Shown: positions 37,798-50,640, counted from the stretch's first letter. The stretch is DNA of 64,000 nt from Gekko japonicus (GCF_001447785.1 NW_015167091.1:37869-101868), one strand, 5' to 3'. Program-made: numbers and translations. Notes: generated from the sequence alone by a model not told the origin.

Positions 37798-38360
37798 GGT
37801 GATTTCAGATGCCAATTGACAATTGCAGGTGAATGGCAATAGCAGGCTTGATTGGATTAGGTGAGATATGCAGAGGGGTAGTAGGTATGGAGATATCAGC
37901 ATTGGTAAGGAGATGGGAAACCTAGGTCTCAGTTTGGTTCAGGAGGATTCAGTCCAGGAGGATGCAAAGAATAAATGGACATAAGTCTGACATTAGAAAC
38001 CACAACATTCAAAAAACAGTGGGAGAACATTTAATCTTCCAGAACATTTAGTTGCTGACCTAAGAGTAGCAGTTCTCTTACAAAGGAATTTCAAAGGGAG
38101 AGTAGAGAGACTGCCAAATTGCAACTGGTAATGAAGCTCAAGACAATGCATCCTCCTGGACTGAATTGAGACCTAGTTTTCCTGTCTCATTACCAATGCC
38201 TCCTATTGTTATTTGGCATCTGAAATCACTCCACTCTCCAAGTTATAAGGACCAAGAGACTCACATTCTAGCTGTATCTGAAGAAGTGAGCAGTGACTCA
38301 CGAAAACTCAAGCCCTGCCACAAATTTTGTTAGGTGCTACTGGTCTCTTGCTCCTTTCCA
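37798..38360 (+). mobile_element. Penelope-like 3' end (GIY-YIG remnant) with an inverted terminal repeat
   Basis: Translates HKSDIRNHNIQKTVGEHF.LP.H..ADLRVAVL; gtgatttcagatgcca / tggcatctgaaatcac inverted repeat; hammerhead-like core at 38278-38305. Confidence 0.75.
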
Positions 38361-38600
38361 CTTATAGACTGCAAACTGTGCTGTTAAGTTTCTTTTTTCG
38401 TTTATGCAGGAAACTGAAGAGGGGTCTCTCTCCAAGTGAAATAATGTGTTGATTTCAGACTAGGCAAAATCCACTCAGTGCTAGTGATAAAAGACAAAGG
38501 GAGAGTGAAGAAAGGCAGCCAGCAAGGTGGGAGGGGAAAAACAAAGACATGTTCAACTGGCACATATGGAACCATATATATTTTTTAAAATACTTAAGCC

Positions 38601-39012
38601 CAGGGCTTTTTTTTGTAGAAAAAGGCCAACAGGAACTCATTAGCATAATAGGTCACACCCAACATCAGAAACTCATTAGCATATTAGGCCACACCCCTGA
38701 CATCACAGCTTATTAGCGTATTAGGCCACACCCCATGCTTTCCCTTGGCTTGTTTAGGTGCCCTGCAGCAGCGGGCGCCTGGGTAAGCCAGCCCATGGAC
38801 AGGCTGGGGAAGGCATGGGGAGGCATTTAAATGCCTCCCCGATCCTTCCAGAGCCCCCTGCCCCCCCACCTTGGAGTCGCCGGGGGGGGGGTCGCTCTCC
38901 AGGCCTTCCCTCTGTAGCCACGCACGCAGAGGTTTTGGCTGTAGTGGGCGTGGCCAACTCTGAAGCCAGCCAGAACTCCATTCCTGTGCGTTCCTGCCCC
39001 AAAATAGCCCTG
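38601..39012 (-). mobile_element. hAT MITE (CAGGGCT family)
   Basis: TIRs plus TSD cttaagcc/tttaagcc; reverse complement of 25470-25897. Confidence 0.88.
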
Positions 39013-39611
39013 TTTAAGCCATCTATTTCCAGTTATTAAAAAATGGAATCCAATCCAAGTGTTCTAATTCTTAAACAGAGTATTTTTTGAAAGAAAATAA
39101 AAATAGAGAAATCTGATCTAAAAAAAAACTTTTCAGAATAAACCAAAATAATGTCCTTTTAATCCTCCTTTCCCCTTATCCCAATGCACCCCTTCCTTTT
39201 AACACAGGTGTGTTTGTGAGTGAGAGATCAAGTCTCAAAGAAAACAGCAAAGCACAACAATCTCACTGTGAATTGTGCTTGTCAGAAGAACCTAGCCACT
39301 CTCCCTCCTTGTGAAGATGTGTGCGTGCACACAAAAGCTTATACCTGAAATGAAACTTTGCTGGTCTTAAAGGAGCCACGCCTGTTGCGTTCTCTTGCTC
39401 TTTCCCACCCCCTCCCTTCCTCCCAAAGGAGGAGAGCTCAGCCAGTGGAAGGAAGCGAGGCTTGGCTTGGTATCTCTATCGTGCAAACAGGAAGCAGTGA
39501 CTGAGGGAGTTCTGTGTATGCACATGTATGAGAGACAGAGAGACAGAAACTCTGGATACGACGGAACCGCTAGGCTAAGTATGAGAGAGATATCAAGTCT
39601 CCAGGAAGCAG

Positions 39612-41700
39612 GAATCATAGAACCATATAGTTGGAAGGGATCTCCAGGGTCATCTAGTCCACCCCCCTGCACAATGCAGGAAATTCACCAATACATCCCC
39701 CTCCACACCCCCAGTGACCGCTGTTTCACGCCCAGAAGATGACAAAAAACCTCCAGGATCTCCAGCCAAACTGGTCTGGAGAAAAATTGCTATCTGACCC
39801 CAAAGTGGTGATCAGCATTTCCCTGGGCGTGTATGAAAGGGCCACATGAACTAAGCACTGAGGCAACCCTTCCTGCCCTCCCCCTCATGGTCTGCCTGAG
39901 TTCACAGAAACAGCCTTGCTGTCATCAGATGGCCATCTAGCCTCTGTTTGAAAACCTTGAAAGACGGAGAGCCCACTACTTCCGGAGGAAGCCTGTTCCA
40001 CTGAGGAGCCGCTCTGTCAGGCTTTTGATTAGGGGCCGCCACTGATGAGTGGGCAACTGGCAAATGCACCACTGACGAATGCGCTGCCGGAGTACATCCC
40101 GGCCCACATGAAACATCGACTGGTTATTGCCTTTGTTTGTTTATTGCACACCACCATAATTTTCACTAGTACTGTTAGCCGCTTAGGCTTTGTTTGTATA
40201 TTCCATTGCATTTTAATGTATTCATTGTTTTAGTGTTTTAATGTTGTTAGCTGCCTTGAGCTAACCCTGTGGCAAGGCGGGATAAAAATGGAAATAAATA
40301 AATAAATAAATATGGAACATTATCAAAAGCCTTTCTGAAATCAAGATAAACTTATGTCCACAGCATTCCCCTGATCCAGCAAAGTAGTTACTTTCTCAAA
40401 AAGAGAGATAAGGGTAGTCTGACTTGACATGTTCTTGAAAAACCCATGCTGGCTGTTAGGAATCACAGCCGTCCTTTCTAAATGCTCAAGGACTGTCTGT
40501 TCAATTATTTCTTCTAAAACTTTCACAGGTATAGATGTCAAGCTGACGGATCAGTAAGTTACCTGGATCCTCCTTTTTCCCCTTCTTGAAGATGGGGGAC
40601 AACATTTGCCCACCTCCAATCTTCTGGCACCTCACCTGTTCTCCAAGAATTCTCAGAAATAATGGACAGAGGCTCAGAAATTATATTCACGAGTTCTTAG
40701 TACACTTGGATGCAGTTCATCTGGCCCCGAGGACTTCGTTTCATTTAAAGAAATGAGGTGTTTATGTACTACCCCTATGCCGATCCTAGGCTGCAACTCC
40801 CTTCCCTCATCATGTGTTCTGTTTTTGCCATGTTGAGCACCATTTCCCTTGCAAGAGAAGACTGAGGAAAAGTAGGAATTGAGCAATTCTGCTCTCTCTT
40901 CATCACCTGTTACAATTTCACTTTCCTATCCACGCAATGGGCCTGCAATGTCCTTGCTCTTGTTCTTACTTTGAGCATAAGAAGCCTTTTTTGTTGTTTT
41001 TAGCATATCTCACTAGCCTAAGCGCATACTGAGCTTTAGCTTTCCTAACTCTCTCTCTACACGCACGGGTTATTTGTTTGTATTCATCCTTGGTTATAAG
41101 GCCCTCCTTCCACTTTCTAAATGAGTCTTTTTTATTTCTCAAGTCTTTAGAAAGCTGTTTATGGGGCCACCGTGGTTTCTTTAGGCTCCTCCCATTTTCC
41201 CTTCTCATAGGAATAGTTTGTGATTGTGCCTTCAGTATTTCGCTTTTAAGAAACTCCCATCCCTCTTGCTCCCTTCTCCTTGAGTATTTCTGACCATGGG
41301 ATTGTACCCAGCATAATTTTTTTAAGTTTGTCAAAATTTCCTTTCCTGAAGTCAAACCTATATGTCTGACAACGTACAGCTTTTCCCTTCCACAAGACTG
41401 TAAATTCCAAAATTACATGGTCACTACTACTCAGGGTGCCCACTACTTTCACCTCGTCAAGAATCAAGTCCAAGATAGCAGATCCCCTTGTTTCCCTTTC
41501 CACTTTCTGGAAAATGAAGTTGTCAGCAAGACAAGTCAGGAATCTATTGGACCTTTCATTTTTAGCACAGTTGGACTTCCAACAGATATCTGGGTAATTG
41601 AAATCTCCCATGACCACCGTGTCCTGTCTCTTTGAGAACTTTGTAATCTGTTCTAGGAGTCTCTCATCCAAATCCTCTGCCTGGTTTGGTGGTCTATAGC
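39612..41700 (-). mobile_element. CR1 LINE (3' UTR plus APE/RT fragments) with an L2 tail on + at about 40020-40310
   Basis: VVMGDFNYPDICW, SAILDLIL, SDH, KSSGPDELHP, SQHGFFKN motifs. Confidence 0.88.
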
Positions 41701-44700
41701 AAACAGGAAAGGAAGCAGGAGACAGCCAGTTGCTTGCAGGCCAGATTTGAGCCCTGAAGGGGCCGAAGGTGGCCTGTGGGCCACATGTTTAACACCCCTG
41801 GTTTAAAGGGTCTGCAAAACTGCAAAAAATGGGAAGGTGCTTCCTGCCACATAGCTGCTTTTCAGGCTGTCTTATGCAGTCTCTTTAAAGTTTAGTGAAC
41901 ACAGAAGACAGCCCGAAACAGCTGAGTGGTGGGAAGCTTATCCCTGCTGCTCAGGTCTTTTTGCGGCTTTCGTGGAGAACAGAAAGCAGGGATTTAAAGG
42001 GAGTCTGAGTCCCTTTAAACCCCCGCTTTCTGCTCCATCCACAAACCACCACAGGTCACTCTAAAAAGTTGTGGAAGTTTGTGATGATGAACCTGTCACA
42101 AACGTCTGCTCATGAACCATGAACAGGGAAAAATTCATCACAAATTTTACTTTGTGGTTCCGTTCATGCCCATCCCTAGATACAAGCCCAGGTAACCAGT
42201 GGAAGGCCCAACAACTGTGATAGTGCTTTAACCAGTGAGAATCTCTTGAACATCACCTAGAGAGGACAGGAAGGCCTGAACTATTTCCTAACCCCTAAAA
42301 CACTCACTACAGATGGATTTGGCACAAACCTATGCCTTTTTTGTGTATGCATAGGAATTTATATACCTAGGAGTTTAGCCAGATATTTCTCCCCCCGTGC
42401 CTTATACATGACAGTGTTTAGAAATCACATTTATCCAGTGTTTTCATTTGTTTTTTTTTTCTTTCATAGGAAGCTAGATAAATTAAGTGATGGGAAGTCT
42501 GAGAGATGGTTTAAAACAATCAGCAATATATGAGCATAACCTAGCCCAACAGACAGAACTTTGATTTTAGAAAGTTAAAACATGTATGTAGGGAATCTTA
42601 ATAAATTATGATAGAAATCTTTTCTATAGCCAGCTTAAAATTTGAAAAAGAAACTCGTCTTGTTTTCCTCCTGGAAAGCACTGTATCAGGGCAAAGTTGC
42701 TTCCACACAAAGGGTTTGCTCTTGTTCATCATTCAAATAGGAGTGGTTATGGAGCATCCACATGTCATCCCCAAACTATTTACATTTTGGGTTTCCTCTG
42801 GCCTCTTGCAAACTTGGCTTGACATAATCTTTTTGGGAGGATTGAAGCCAGAGTGCATTTGTACACTGTGGATGGGATGGTGCATGTTTATCTAGTACTG
42901 TGATCTACTAGTTCATTTTTAAAAACTAGTTGTTTGTTGCAGATACACCTTTCCACTTATATATCTGCAACAAAAGAGTTGTTGACGTCTTAAAATTGAA
43001 AGCCAGAAATTCAGAGGAAGGAGATCATCATGTCAATAGATCATAGTGTAATAGCAATTACTGATTCTGTTAAATGACTTCGGAGTGGGAGGGTGGCAGC
43101 TGATGGATGTGGATGCTCTATTGCCAATATGAATGCCTCTACTTTTACAGCTGCAGTTATAAGGAAACAGAATCCTTACTGTGTGGATCTTAAGTTAATT
43201 CACTGTTTATTGTTCTATGTTTTCAAGGAAATTTTATATATTACTGGAGGAAGATTTTAAAAGCTTGATTTCTTGTTCATCACAAGCTATTCTTAGCTGA
43301 TTTGTTTTGGAAATACAAAAAAAATACTGCAGCAGTATCCTGAGTACCAGCCTTAGTCCTTTAAAAGTGGCACAGGCAGCTGAGTCATGAATCCATGTTC
43401 TTTTTGGGGGTGGGGCTGGCAAGGAGAAGAGCAGATACCACTATGGAATGTCATAAGCCTCCTGTTTATTTTTGTTGCAACAAACTAATGTAACTGCTCT
43501 TCTGAAACTGAGCTTGTTATTGTTCAGTGACAGGGAAATTACAAATTTTAGCTGGGTTTAAAGAAGGGGTCAAAATCACCACTAAGAACTATAGTAGAAA
43601 CTCTTTTCTTTATTGATTGATCATGGTCAAGGAAAGCATCTATTCCTAAGAAAGTTCAAGATGCTGACAACTTTGCAGATAAGAACATAAGCATATGTAG
43701 GCAAATTGACATCAGGATCCTGCAGAACCTTTACACCAATTACACAATGACAACTTATTACTGAACCAAACTGTAACCAATAGAAAAGCAACCTAAACTT
43801 CCTTCTTAACATATTTTATTTATTTTATTTCACTTATACCCTGCCCTCCCCGCAAGAATTCTTCTAACTTACCTATTGTATGCTACAAGTGCAACATGAA
43901 CTGCTGACTGCTATAATTTAAGAAAACAGGATATGAGTTAAAAGTTAGTTTGCCCTATGAGGCAAGGAATGCGGACTTTTTGAGACTTCAGCTATAAGCA
44001 CAGATAACAGTGCTGGATCATCACTGCAACAAACATTCCCCTCAGTTCATTACTTGGCCTTCACTAACATGGCTATACTATAGCTCATTCACATTTCACC
44101 TTTTTTTCTCTGGCAAATGGCAAATCATTTTCAAAGTACAGTAATAGGATTGTTGCATATATAATCTATCCTGGCCCTTTAAGAAGGGAAGGGAAGCAAT
44201 GTTCTTAGTCATAATTGCTTAGCCACAATTGCTGGTTGCACGTTTTCTCTGGTTGACTCTTGTAGCTTTAAAATTGAGAGGGGCAGAGAAAAAGTGAAGC
44301 CTGAAAGGTGGCAGGTGAATGCCTGTTTTTGTAACCCTTTGCTGTAGTTTAAACAAGTTACAAGATTTTAGTAAAATTCAAGCCCAGTAGCACCTTAAAG
44401 ACCAACAAGATTTCTAGAGTATAAATTCTGAGAGTCAAAGCTCCCTTCATCAGATACCATCATCACAGATACTGATGACTGTAACATTTTAATCCATCAG
44501 ACCTGGCATCAATATAATTCAGAGTAGCTGTGCCACCGATGCAGGAGAGAAAACAGCAAATAGTATTTTGAAACTTCATCGATCTCACGAGGGTCACTAT
44601 GTACTGGCCGCTTAGATTGTTTAAAGCTAAGTCACTGGTCCAGCTGACTTATGGAACATTGCTGGGGCCACCATCCTCCTCCTTCACCCCACTTGAGAAA

Positions 44701-44852
44701 GCCCAGTCTAAATTCCTTAGAGCATTACTACGAGTACCTAAGTGTGTACCAAACACTTGGAATGCTTTGAGTAGAGGCTAGAATTCGTATCCTCTCATTT
44801 TTTAAAATGGATAACAGGAAGTATAAACCACAGGGGTTTGTTCCCTTTAAAC

Positions 44853-45571
44853 CAGGGGTGGCCAAACTTGCTTAATGTAAGAGCCACATAGAATAAATGT
44901 CAGGTGTTTGAGAGAGCCGCAAGACATGAACAAATATTACACGTTTTTATTGGAAAATATGCAGATTTGCTTTTTACTAACATTAAATGAGACTGTCAAA
45001 AATAAAAACAAAAGGGGTAAAAACAAATATTGATAATGAAATTTATTTGTCCAATGATATTTGTTTGCTAATGGTATTTATTTGTCTTAGAAAGAGAGGG
45101 GTAGAAAGAAAGAAAGAGGTGGAAAGAGAGAAACAGACAGCAAACAGATGGAGTGAGGGAGGGGGAAGGAAGGAAGGAAGGAAGGAAGGAAGGAAGGAAG
45201 GAAGGAAGGAAGGCAAATAGAGGGGGGAGAGAAGGGAGGTGGAAAGAAAGCAACTTTAACTTTAAATGTGTCCGCCAAACCCTGCACCATGCCCCCACAC
45301 TGGCTGGCTTGGCGAAGGGATTTAAAGAGACAAATGCTTTCTCCAAGCCAGCTGGGGGGGGGGGCTTTGAGAACACATTTAAAGTTGCTTTCTTTCTCTG
45401 CTCCCCAACCCCACCTCAAGCCTACCCAGGGAGGGGAACACTGGCTGGGGAAGGGAAGACTGATTGGGGAATCATGTCTCCCCTTCGTTTCCCCAGTCGC
45501 TCTGCCGGGAGCAGCACAATGTGTATGAAAGAGCCACACGTGGCTCCTGAGCCGCAGTTTGGCCACCCCTG
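44853..45571 (-). mobile_element. hAT MITE
   Basis: TIRs caggggtggccaaac/gtttggccacccctg; perfect TSD ctttaaac. Confidence 0.9.
45164..45213 (+). repeat. (GGAA)n microsatellite
   Basis: Seen directly, inside the MITE. Confidence 0.95.
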
Positions 45572-46560
45572 CTTTAAACCTTCAGGACCAATTCCAGTCC
45601 AACTGGCATTGAGCAGTCTTGAATTCCATCCAGAAACTAGGCTTCTCTCTCCAAGCCCTTCTAGTTCACAGTATAGACCAGGCAAAATCACTCATTAAGC
45701 AGAGTGACTGACACCAAAAGACAAATGGATATTCTCTTCTGTTCTGGCTATTTCTCTCCAGCAAATACCAGATATATAGTTGCTCCTGCAGCCTATTTAC
45801 ATTTTCTTGAATCCAATAACTCTAGAAGGGCATTCACTTTAGCCAGAAGTATGTCCTTGCCATCTGCAGTATTGGAAGGGACGTTTAAAGGGTCCCCTTA
45901 CTCACTGAGGTTCTGCTCCTGCCCCATCCATGAAACAGACTCTCTGGAACATATATTCTTTAACAGAGTATACCATAGGGCGATCCACATGGAGACTATT
46001 GGTCCATTTTTAGAAAGGTTTCCTGGCAGATCAAATAAAATTAAACTTGACTACCTTCTGTCTGACAGGAACCATCAGAAACAAGACAGGTGGCTAGATT
46101 TTGTGCCCAGGTTTACAAGGAACATAATTAGATTAAGCTCTTATCTTTTATCTAAATTATACATGAGTTTTATGGCCATATTATTTTATTTCTATATTAT
46201 AGTCACAGATTTTTAATTTAAGAATGCCATTGTTGGTTTTAGCCCATATTTCTTATTCAAATGTTTTTATGTAAAAAGACTGAGTGTGCTGGTCGTTGAC
46301 TGTAACAAGCTGAGTCCTTCAGATCAAAACTTCAAAATATCACTGATCTAAACATATGGTCTACAAGGATTCTTAGATCTCTACCAGAATGGGTCAGACC
46401 TCCCAAGTATGTGTCTTCCATTTCAATGTAGTAGCCAGTCTTGTTACATAATACCTCTAAGCCTAAGGTGCAGTGCTCCAGATGGTCTATAGAGCACAGC
46501 ATTAGTTTGCGAAAAACCAAGTTTACAAAGATTTAAACTCAGACTAATAACAAAAACATA

Positions 46561-46770
46561 GGCCCTGACCTGAATAGCCCAGGCTAGCCCGATCTCAGAA
46601 GCTAAGCAGAACCGATCCTGGCAGATATTTGGATGAGAGACCTCCAAAGAATACCAGAATCATGATGCAGAGGCAGGCTATCAAGCCACTTCTCTGAATG
46701 TCCTCCATGCCCCAGTAGGAGTCACCAGAGGTCGCCATGACTTCCAGGCACAGGCACACATACAAAAATG
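46561..46770 (+). mobile_element. 5S rRNA-derived SINE
   Basis: cccgatctcagaagctaagcag...tttggatgagagacc...gaatacc matches 5S rRNA boxes A and C; non-5S tail. Confidence 0.75.
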
Positions 46771-47736
46771 CAAAACAAAAAACATATACTCTTTAAAAAA
46801 ATTCAATTTACTGCTGTTATATGTTGGCTTCTGCCTAGCCTTATGATCCTGCAAACACTTTCATAAGATGACTTGGTAATGCACAATTCTTTGATACACA
46901 GGATAAGTAAACTTAACAAAACCAGAACATGGTCTTGGGGTCAAGAGAAGAAAAAAGGAAGAGGGGGCATGTCCACAGTTTGTCTGCTTTTGCTATTATT
47001 CAGGGATCTCTAAAAGAAAAATTGGGGCACAAGGAGCTACGGTCTCCTTTCACTATCAAAAAAAGGCTATGCTGGAGATCGTGGGGCCTGCACAGAAAAA
47101 AGCCATGTGAGGCAGCAAATGTAATAAGGGGACTGGGCAAGATTGTGTGACTGGGCTAGCTGGATCCAACCAAGAAACAGACATACAGAAGAGAAAGTAA
47201 GAGAACAACCCGCCCTCACAGACTGAAGGGTAAAAGGAAGAGAATGTTTACAGTTCAATAAGAGAAAAATATACAGAGACTCAAACCAGAAGACCACATT
47301 GTAAACTTTAAAAAGCCATTCTTCACAAAGCTTTACTTTTCTCAATCAACCTTCTTCCAGCCCAAACGAATACACATGGCAAAGTATTTCTTCCCTTTGT
47401 TGTTTACCTTTAATATAACCTTAACAAGATCAGTTAACAAGTATCATGTTCACTACCCAGTGCTCATCAGAAACATGACAATACAAAAACCATTAAGTAC
47501 AATAATTGAAGTCTAAAATACTGTAAGTTTGAATATTATACATAAGACAATATATAAATATTAAAAGTTACAATAAAATAATTTATTATTCTACCCTAAG
47601 CCTTGCCTCTCCTTTCACAGGATATTGTATCAAAACCAATTGGTGCAAAGTCTGTAATAAGAGTCATAAGAATACAGTCAAAGGAAATAGAAGAGTACTT
47701 TTAATTGTGATAATGGACTGAAATTAGAATTCTTTC

Positions 47737-47810
47737 TCAGCTGAAAGGGTGAAGCATAATGGCCACTACTTTATTGCAAACCACCAACCAACATGTAATG
47801 CCAACACCAC
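47737..47810 (-). CDS. GET1: GET1/WRB exon 5 (GGVGITCWLVVCNKVVAIMLHPFS*)
   Basis: tttcag| acceptor; WRB C-terminus; TGA at 47737. Candidate AATAAA at 47582-47587. Confidence 0.96.
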
Positions 47811-48158
47811 CTGAAAATACAAGAAAAATATCCTGTAAATCAATAACCCAAATACACACATTTGTTATGTAGGTAAAGACAGTTTTGGTATCAAACTTAT
47901 CAAATGACAAAATACAATTAAAGAGATGTCTTTCTACATAATTTTGCAATTGTTTAGGAGGGGGGATAATTGAAGAACCAGAAAACTACGGCACAGATCC
48001 ATGTACAACAGGGAGTTTCTATGCAGATTGGTGCTATGGTTAATTGTGTAATTATGAGCACAGTTCAGTAGGAATTTCTCCAGAGCAAAATTCTTAGACG
48101 TGAACAAAAGCTTACAGAAGAAACTGTTCTCTCAATTTATCTCTTACTAATCTGAGAA

Positions 48159-48296
48159 GGCCCTGACCCGGACAGCCCAGGCTAGCTCGATCTTGTCAGA
48201 TCTTGGAAACTAAACAGGGTAGTATTTGGATGGGACACCAACAAGGAATACCATGGTTGCCGTGCAGAGGCAGGCAACGGCAAACCACCTCTGAAC
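48159..48296 (+). mobile_element. 5S rRNA-derived SINE
   Basis: Same family as 46561 (ggccctgacc.g.a.agcccaggctagc...ggcaaaccacctctgaa). Confidence 0.7.
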
Positions 48297-49022
48297 TCAG
48301 AGTAGAAGACACTCCAACAAATCTGGAGCAATTCCTCATGGACAAGACTGTAGCTGGAGACTTCCAGAAAACATGACCTTCTCCTTCGGCAGCAAAAGAG
48401 GAACTGAGGGTGAGGGCACAGCTGCGCAGGAGGACAAGCTTCTGGCTCTAGCGCACAGCACCCCTGGAGGCTTTTTGCTATAAAGACTTATACAATGGCA
48501 GGCCTGTTCGTGCCAAGTCCCCATGTGGAATTGCTTTGAGGAGAGAATCATGTGTTTAAAGTTTACCATTGCCCGCCTTCATTCTATGTCTAAGACAATT
48601 AAAGACAGAACCCATACCCCCTTGTCCCAGGGCAGTCATCACAACATGGGTAACCGGAAGTTTGCAGCACTGGGAATTGTGGTGAGTACAGGTGTGCATT
48701 TGGCTAAACTGAACCAAAAAAATTACCCCAAAAATACTATATTGGAATTTTCCGGATATTTCTTTCATCCGTTCAGCTAATGGGCCATTTACTCAGCTAT
48801 ACAAAAAAAGGCCGACCCAAAAAAACCCAAAAATATTTGGGATTATTCCAGTTGGCCAGATAGTTGCAGTGGAAATACATTTAAATGCCTTGTGAGTTCA
48901 CTTGCAGCACCCTGGGGCCTGCTTCTCCAGCAGCCCAGTTTAACCAGACTGCAGGAGAAAGTGAGCCCAGGAGCACAGCAGCTCCTGGGGCTCGCTTCTC
49001 CTGAAGCCTGGTTTAAACTGGA

Positions 49023-50348
49023 TATTTAATAGAATATATTCCTGTGCTTCCCACAGGTTGATGTGGAGAGCTATATCTCCCAAATGGCAAAAAAATTCAA
49101 TTAAAAGGTTTTTATGATTGAAACTCAAAAAGTATCATATATGCAATTTTCTGTTCGTGCAAATGAATGTATATAGGAAGTTCAATGAGGGCAACAAAGA
49201 CATGGGCTTTGGATCCTAAGTCACGAATAAAAAAGTGACAGATGCTCTATTAGTGAACCATTTTCTCTCTAAGCCACATACACTGGGGGACCTGAGAGTT
49301 GCCGACCTATATAAAATGCAGACACATCTGTTTAATAGAATAGACACACAGTAAGGTTATTACAGCAGTAAGAAGCGGGTTTTATTTTTAAATGTAATAC
49401 ATTAGAACCCAATGGTCTGAATCAGGGTAATGACCTAGGACGTCTCCTATAGCTATGACTTCTCCATCCTGGTTCAAGTAAATAGCATCAGAGTGATATA
49501 TTCCTTACTTTGAGCAGACAAAAGGTGGTTAATTTTGATTATGCAGCATTTTCTATATATTTGGATTTGGATTCTCTATATTAATATAGTAAAATTACTC
49601 TTTGCATAGTCTCTGTAAAATGAGGTAGTTCCTCCCTTTAGAAAACTGTTCTATTGCCATGTACACCTGCTCCTGCTGAGCTCTAGTTCTTGGAACCTAT
49701 GTTTAGCGTCTCCAAAAATGCTGAGCCCAACTTGAATTATACCAGTTTGTTTTGTAAACAAGGAGGCAGCTGCATTCCGTTCTTAATATTCCTGCAATAG
49801 TGCTGATTGTAAGTATAATGTATCTTTTATACAATGTCACACGTTTACCTTGCAGAGCATCTTGTTAGAATAATTATTGTGTTTATGTAGGACCACTCAA
49901 GTAAGAGGATCATCAGCTCCTGATAAAGAGGTTTTTTGAAATGATCACTATCAAATTTCCATCAAGTTTTTGGATCTGTTCCAGCTGCTGTTGTATTGTC
50001 TTTAGTTTGATAACACTCCTCGTTAAGTGAATAGCTAAACGATGTGGAGATAACCTGAAGAACTTTGGCGTGTCATGAACTTTAATTTTCACTACAGAGG
50101 ACATGTAAGGACACTTTGTTATGTTATATTATTTCGAGATGGAGTCAATGCAACTTTGAACTGTCAAGCATCTTTGATACATATTCATTCACTTTGATAT
50201 CAGTTTGAGATGGATAACTTAGGACAGTAAATTAGACACTATCATGTGTTTTTTTTACTGTATGTATTGCAAAATGTATTAAATTCATGGCGTGTAACAG
50301 ACATTTTCTGAGAATTTTTTCATGATATTTTGGTTAACTTTGTACATA
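49023..50348 (+). mobile_element. Penelope-like 3' fragment inside an older hAT-like element (about 48687-50821)
   Basis: LVNHFLSKPHTLGDLRV and FIFKCNTLEPNGLN resemble the Penelope GIY-YIG C-terminus; flanked by the direct repeat tggtttaaactgga. Confidence 0.6.
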
Positions 50349-50374
50349 TGGTTTAAACTGGACTGCAGGAGAAA

Positions 50375-50640
50375 ACTCGCCACTTGGAGAAGGTGCCCAA
50401 AGCGATTGATCCCTTTAAGCACCCTCCCCAAGTGGCAAATTCGCTAGTCATTCCCGAAAGAAATTGGTCCTTTTAAACACCCTCCCCAAGCGGCAAGTTC
50501 ATTCACTGCCTGGAGAAGGTGCCCAAAAGAATTGCTGTTCCTTTAAACCCTCTCCCCAAGTGGTGAGTTTGCTCACAGCTTAGAGAAGGTGCCCAAAGGT
50601 ATCTGTTTCTTTAAACAGCTTCTCCAAGCGGCATGTGAAC
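50375..50640 (+). repeat. Degenerate minisatellite, about 60-70-bp unit, about 4 copies
   Basis: Recurring ggagaaggtgcccaaa...ctttaa.c.c.ctccccaag.ggc. Confidence 0.7.

Larger units (their letters stand above)
37695..41800. mobile_element. Inner hAT MITE expanded by later insertions
   Basis: TIRs tagaggtgttaaac / gtttaacacccctg; TSD ctttaaag/gtttaaag. Confidence 0.75.
37550..42178. mobile_element. Outer hAT-type element of a nested stack
   Basis: Perfect 8-bp TSD gatacaag (37542-37549, 42179-42186); degenerate TIRs gaaggatgagcacaaac / gttcatgcccatcccta. Confidence 0.75.
44530..46310 (+). mobile_element. RTE-X-like LINE 3' fragment split by a MITE
   Basis: LFKAK...QLTYG, LEKAQSKFLRALL, RRAFTLAR..LPSAVLEG and R.CSC...SLEHIFF (degenerate zinc knuckle). 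Clade assignment from recall. Confidence 0.6.

Noticed and set aside
44987-45698. ORFs with EGRK / FLPS repeats
   Set aside because: Translations of the (GGAA)n microsatellite inside a MITE.
46561-46660. Functional 5S rRNA gene
   Set aside because: Diverged, lacks the 5S ends and a Pol III terminator, and is fused to a repeat tail.
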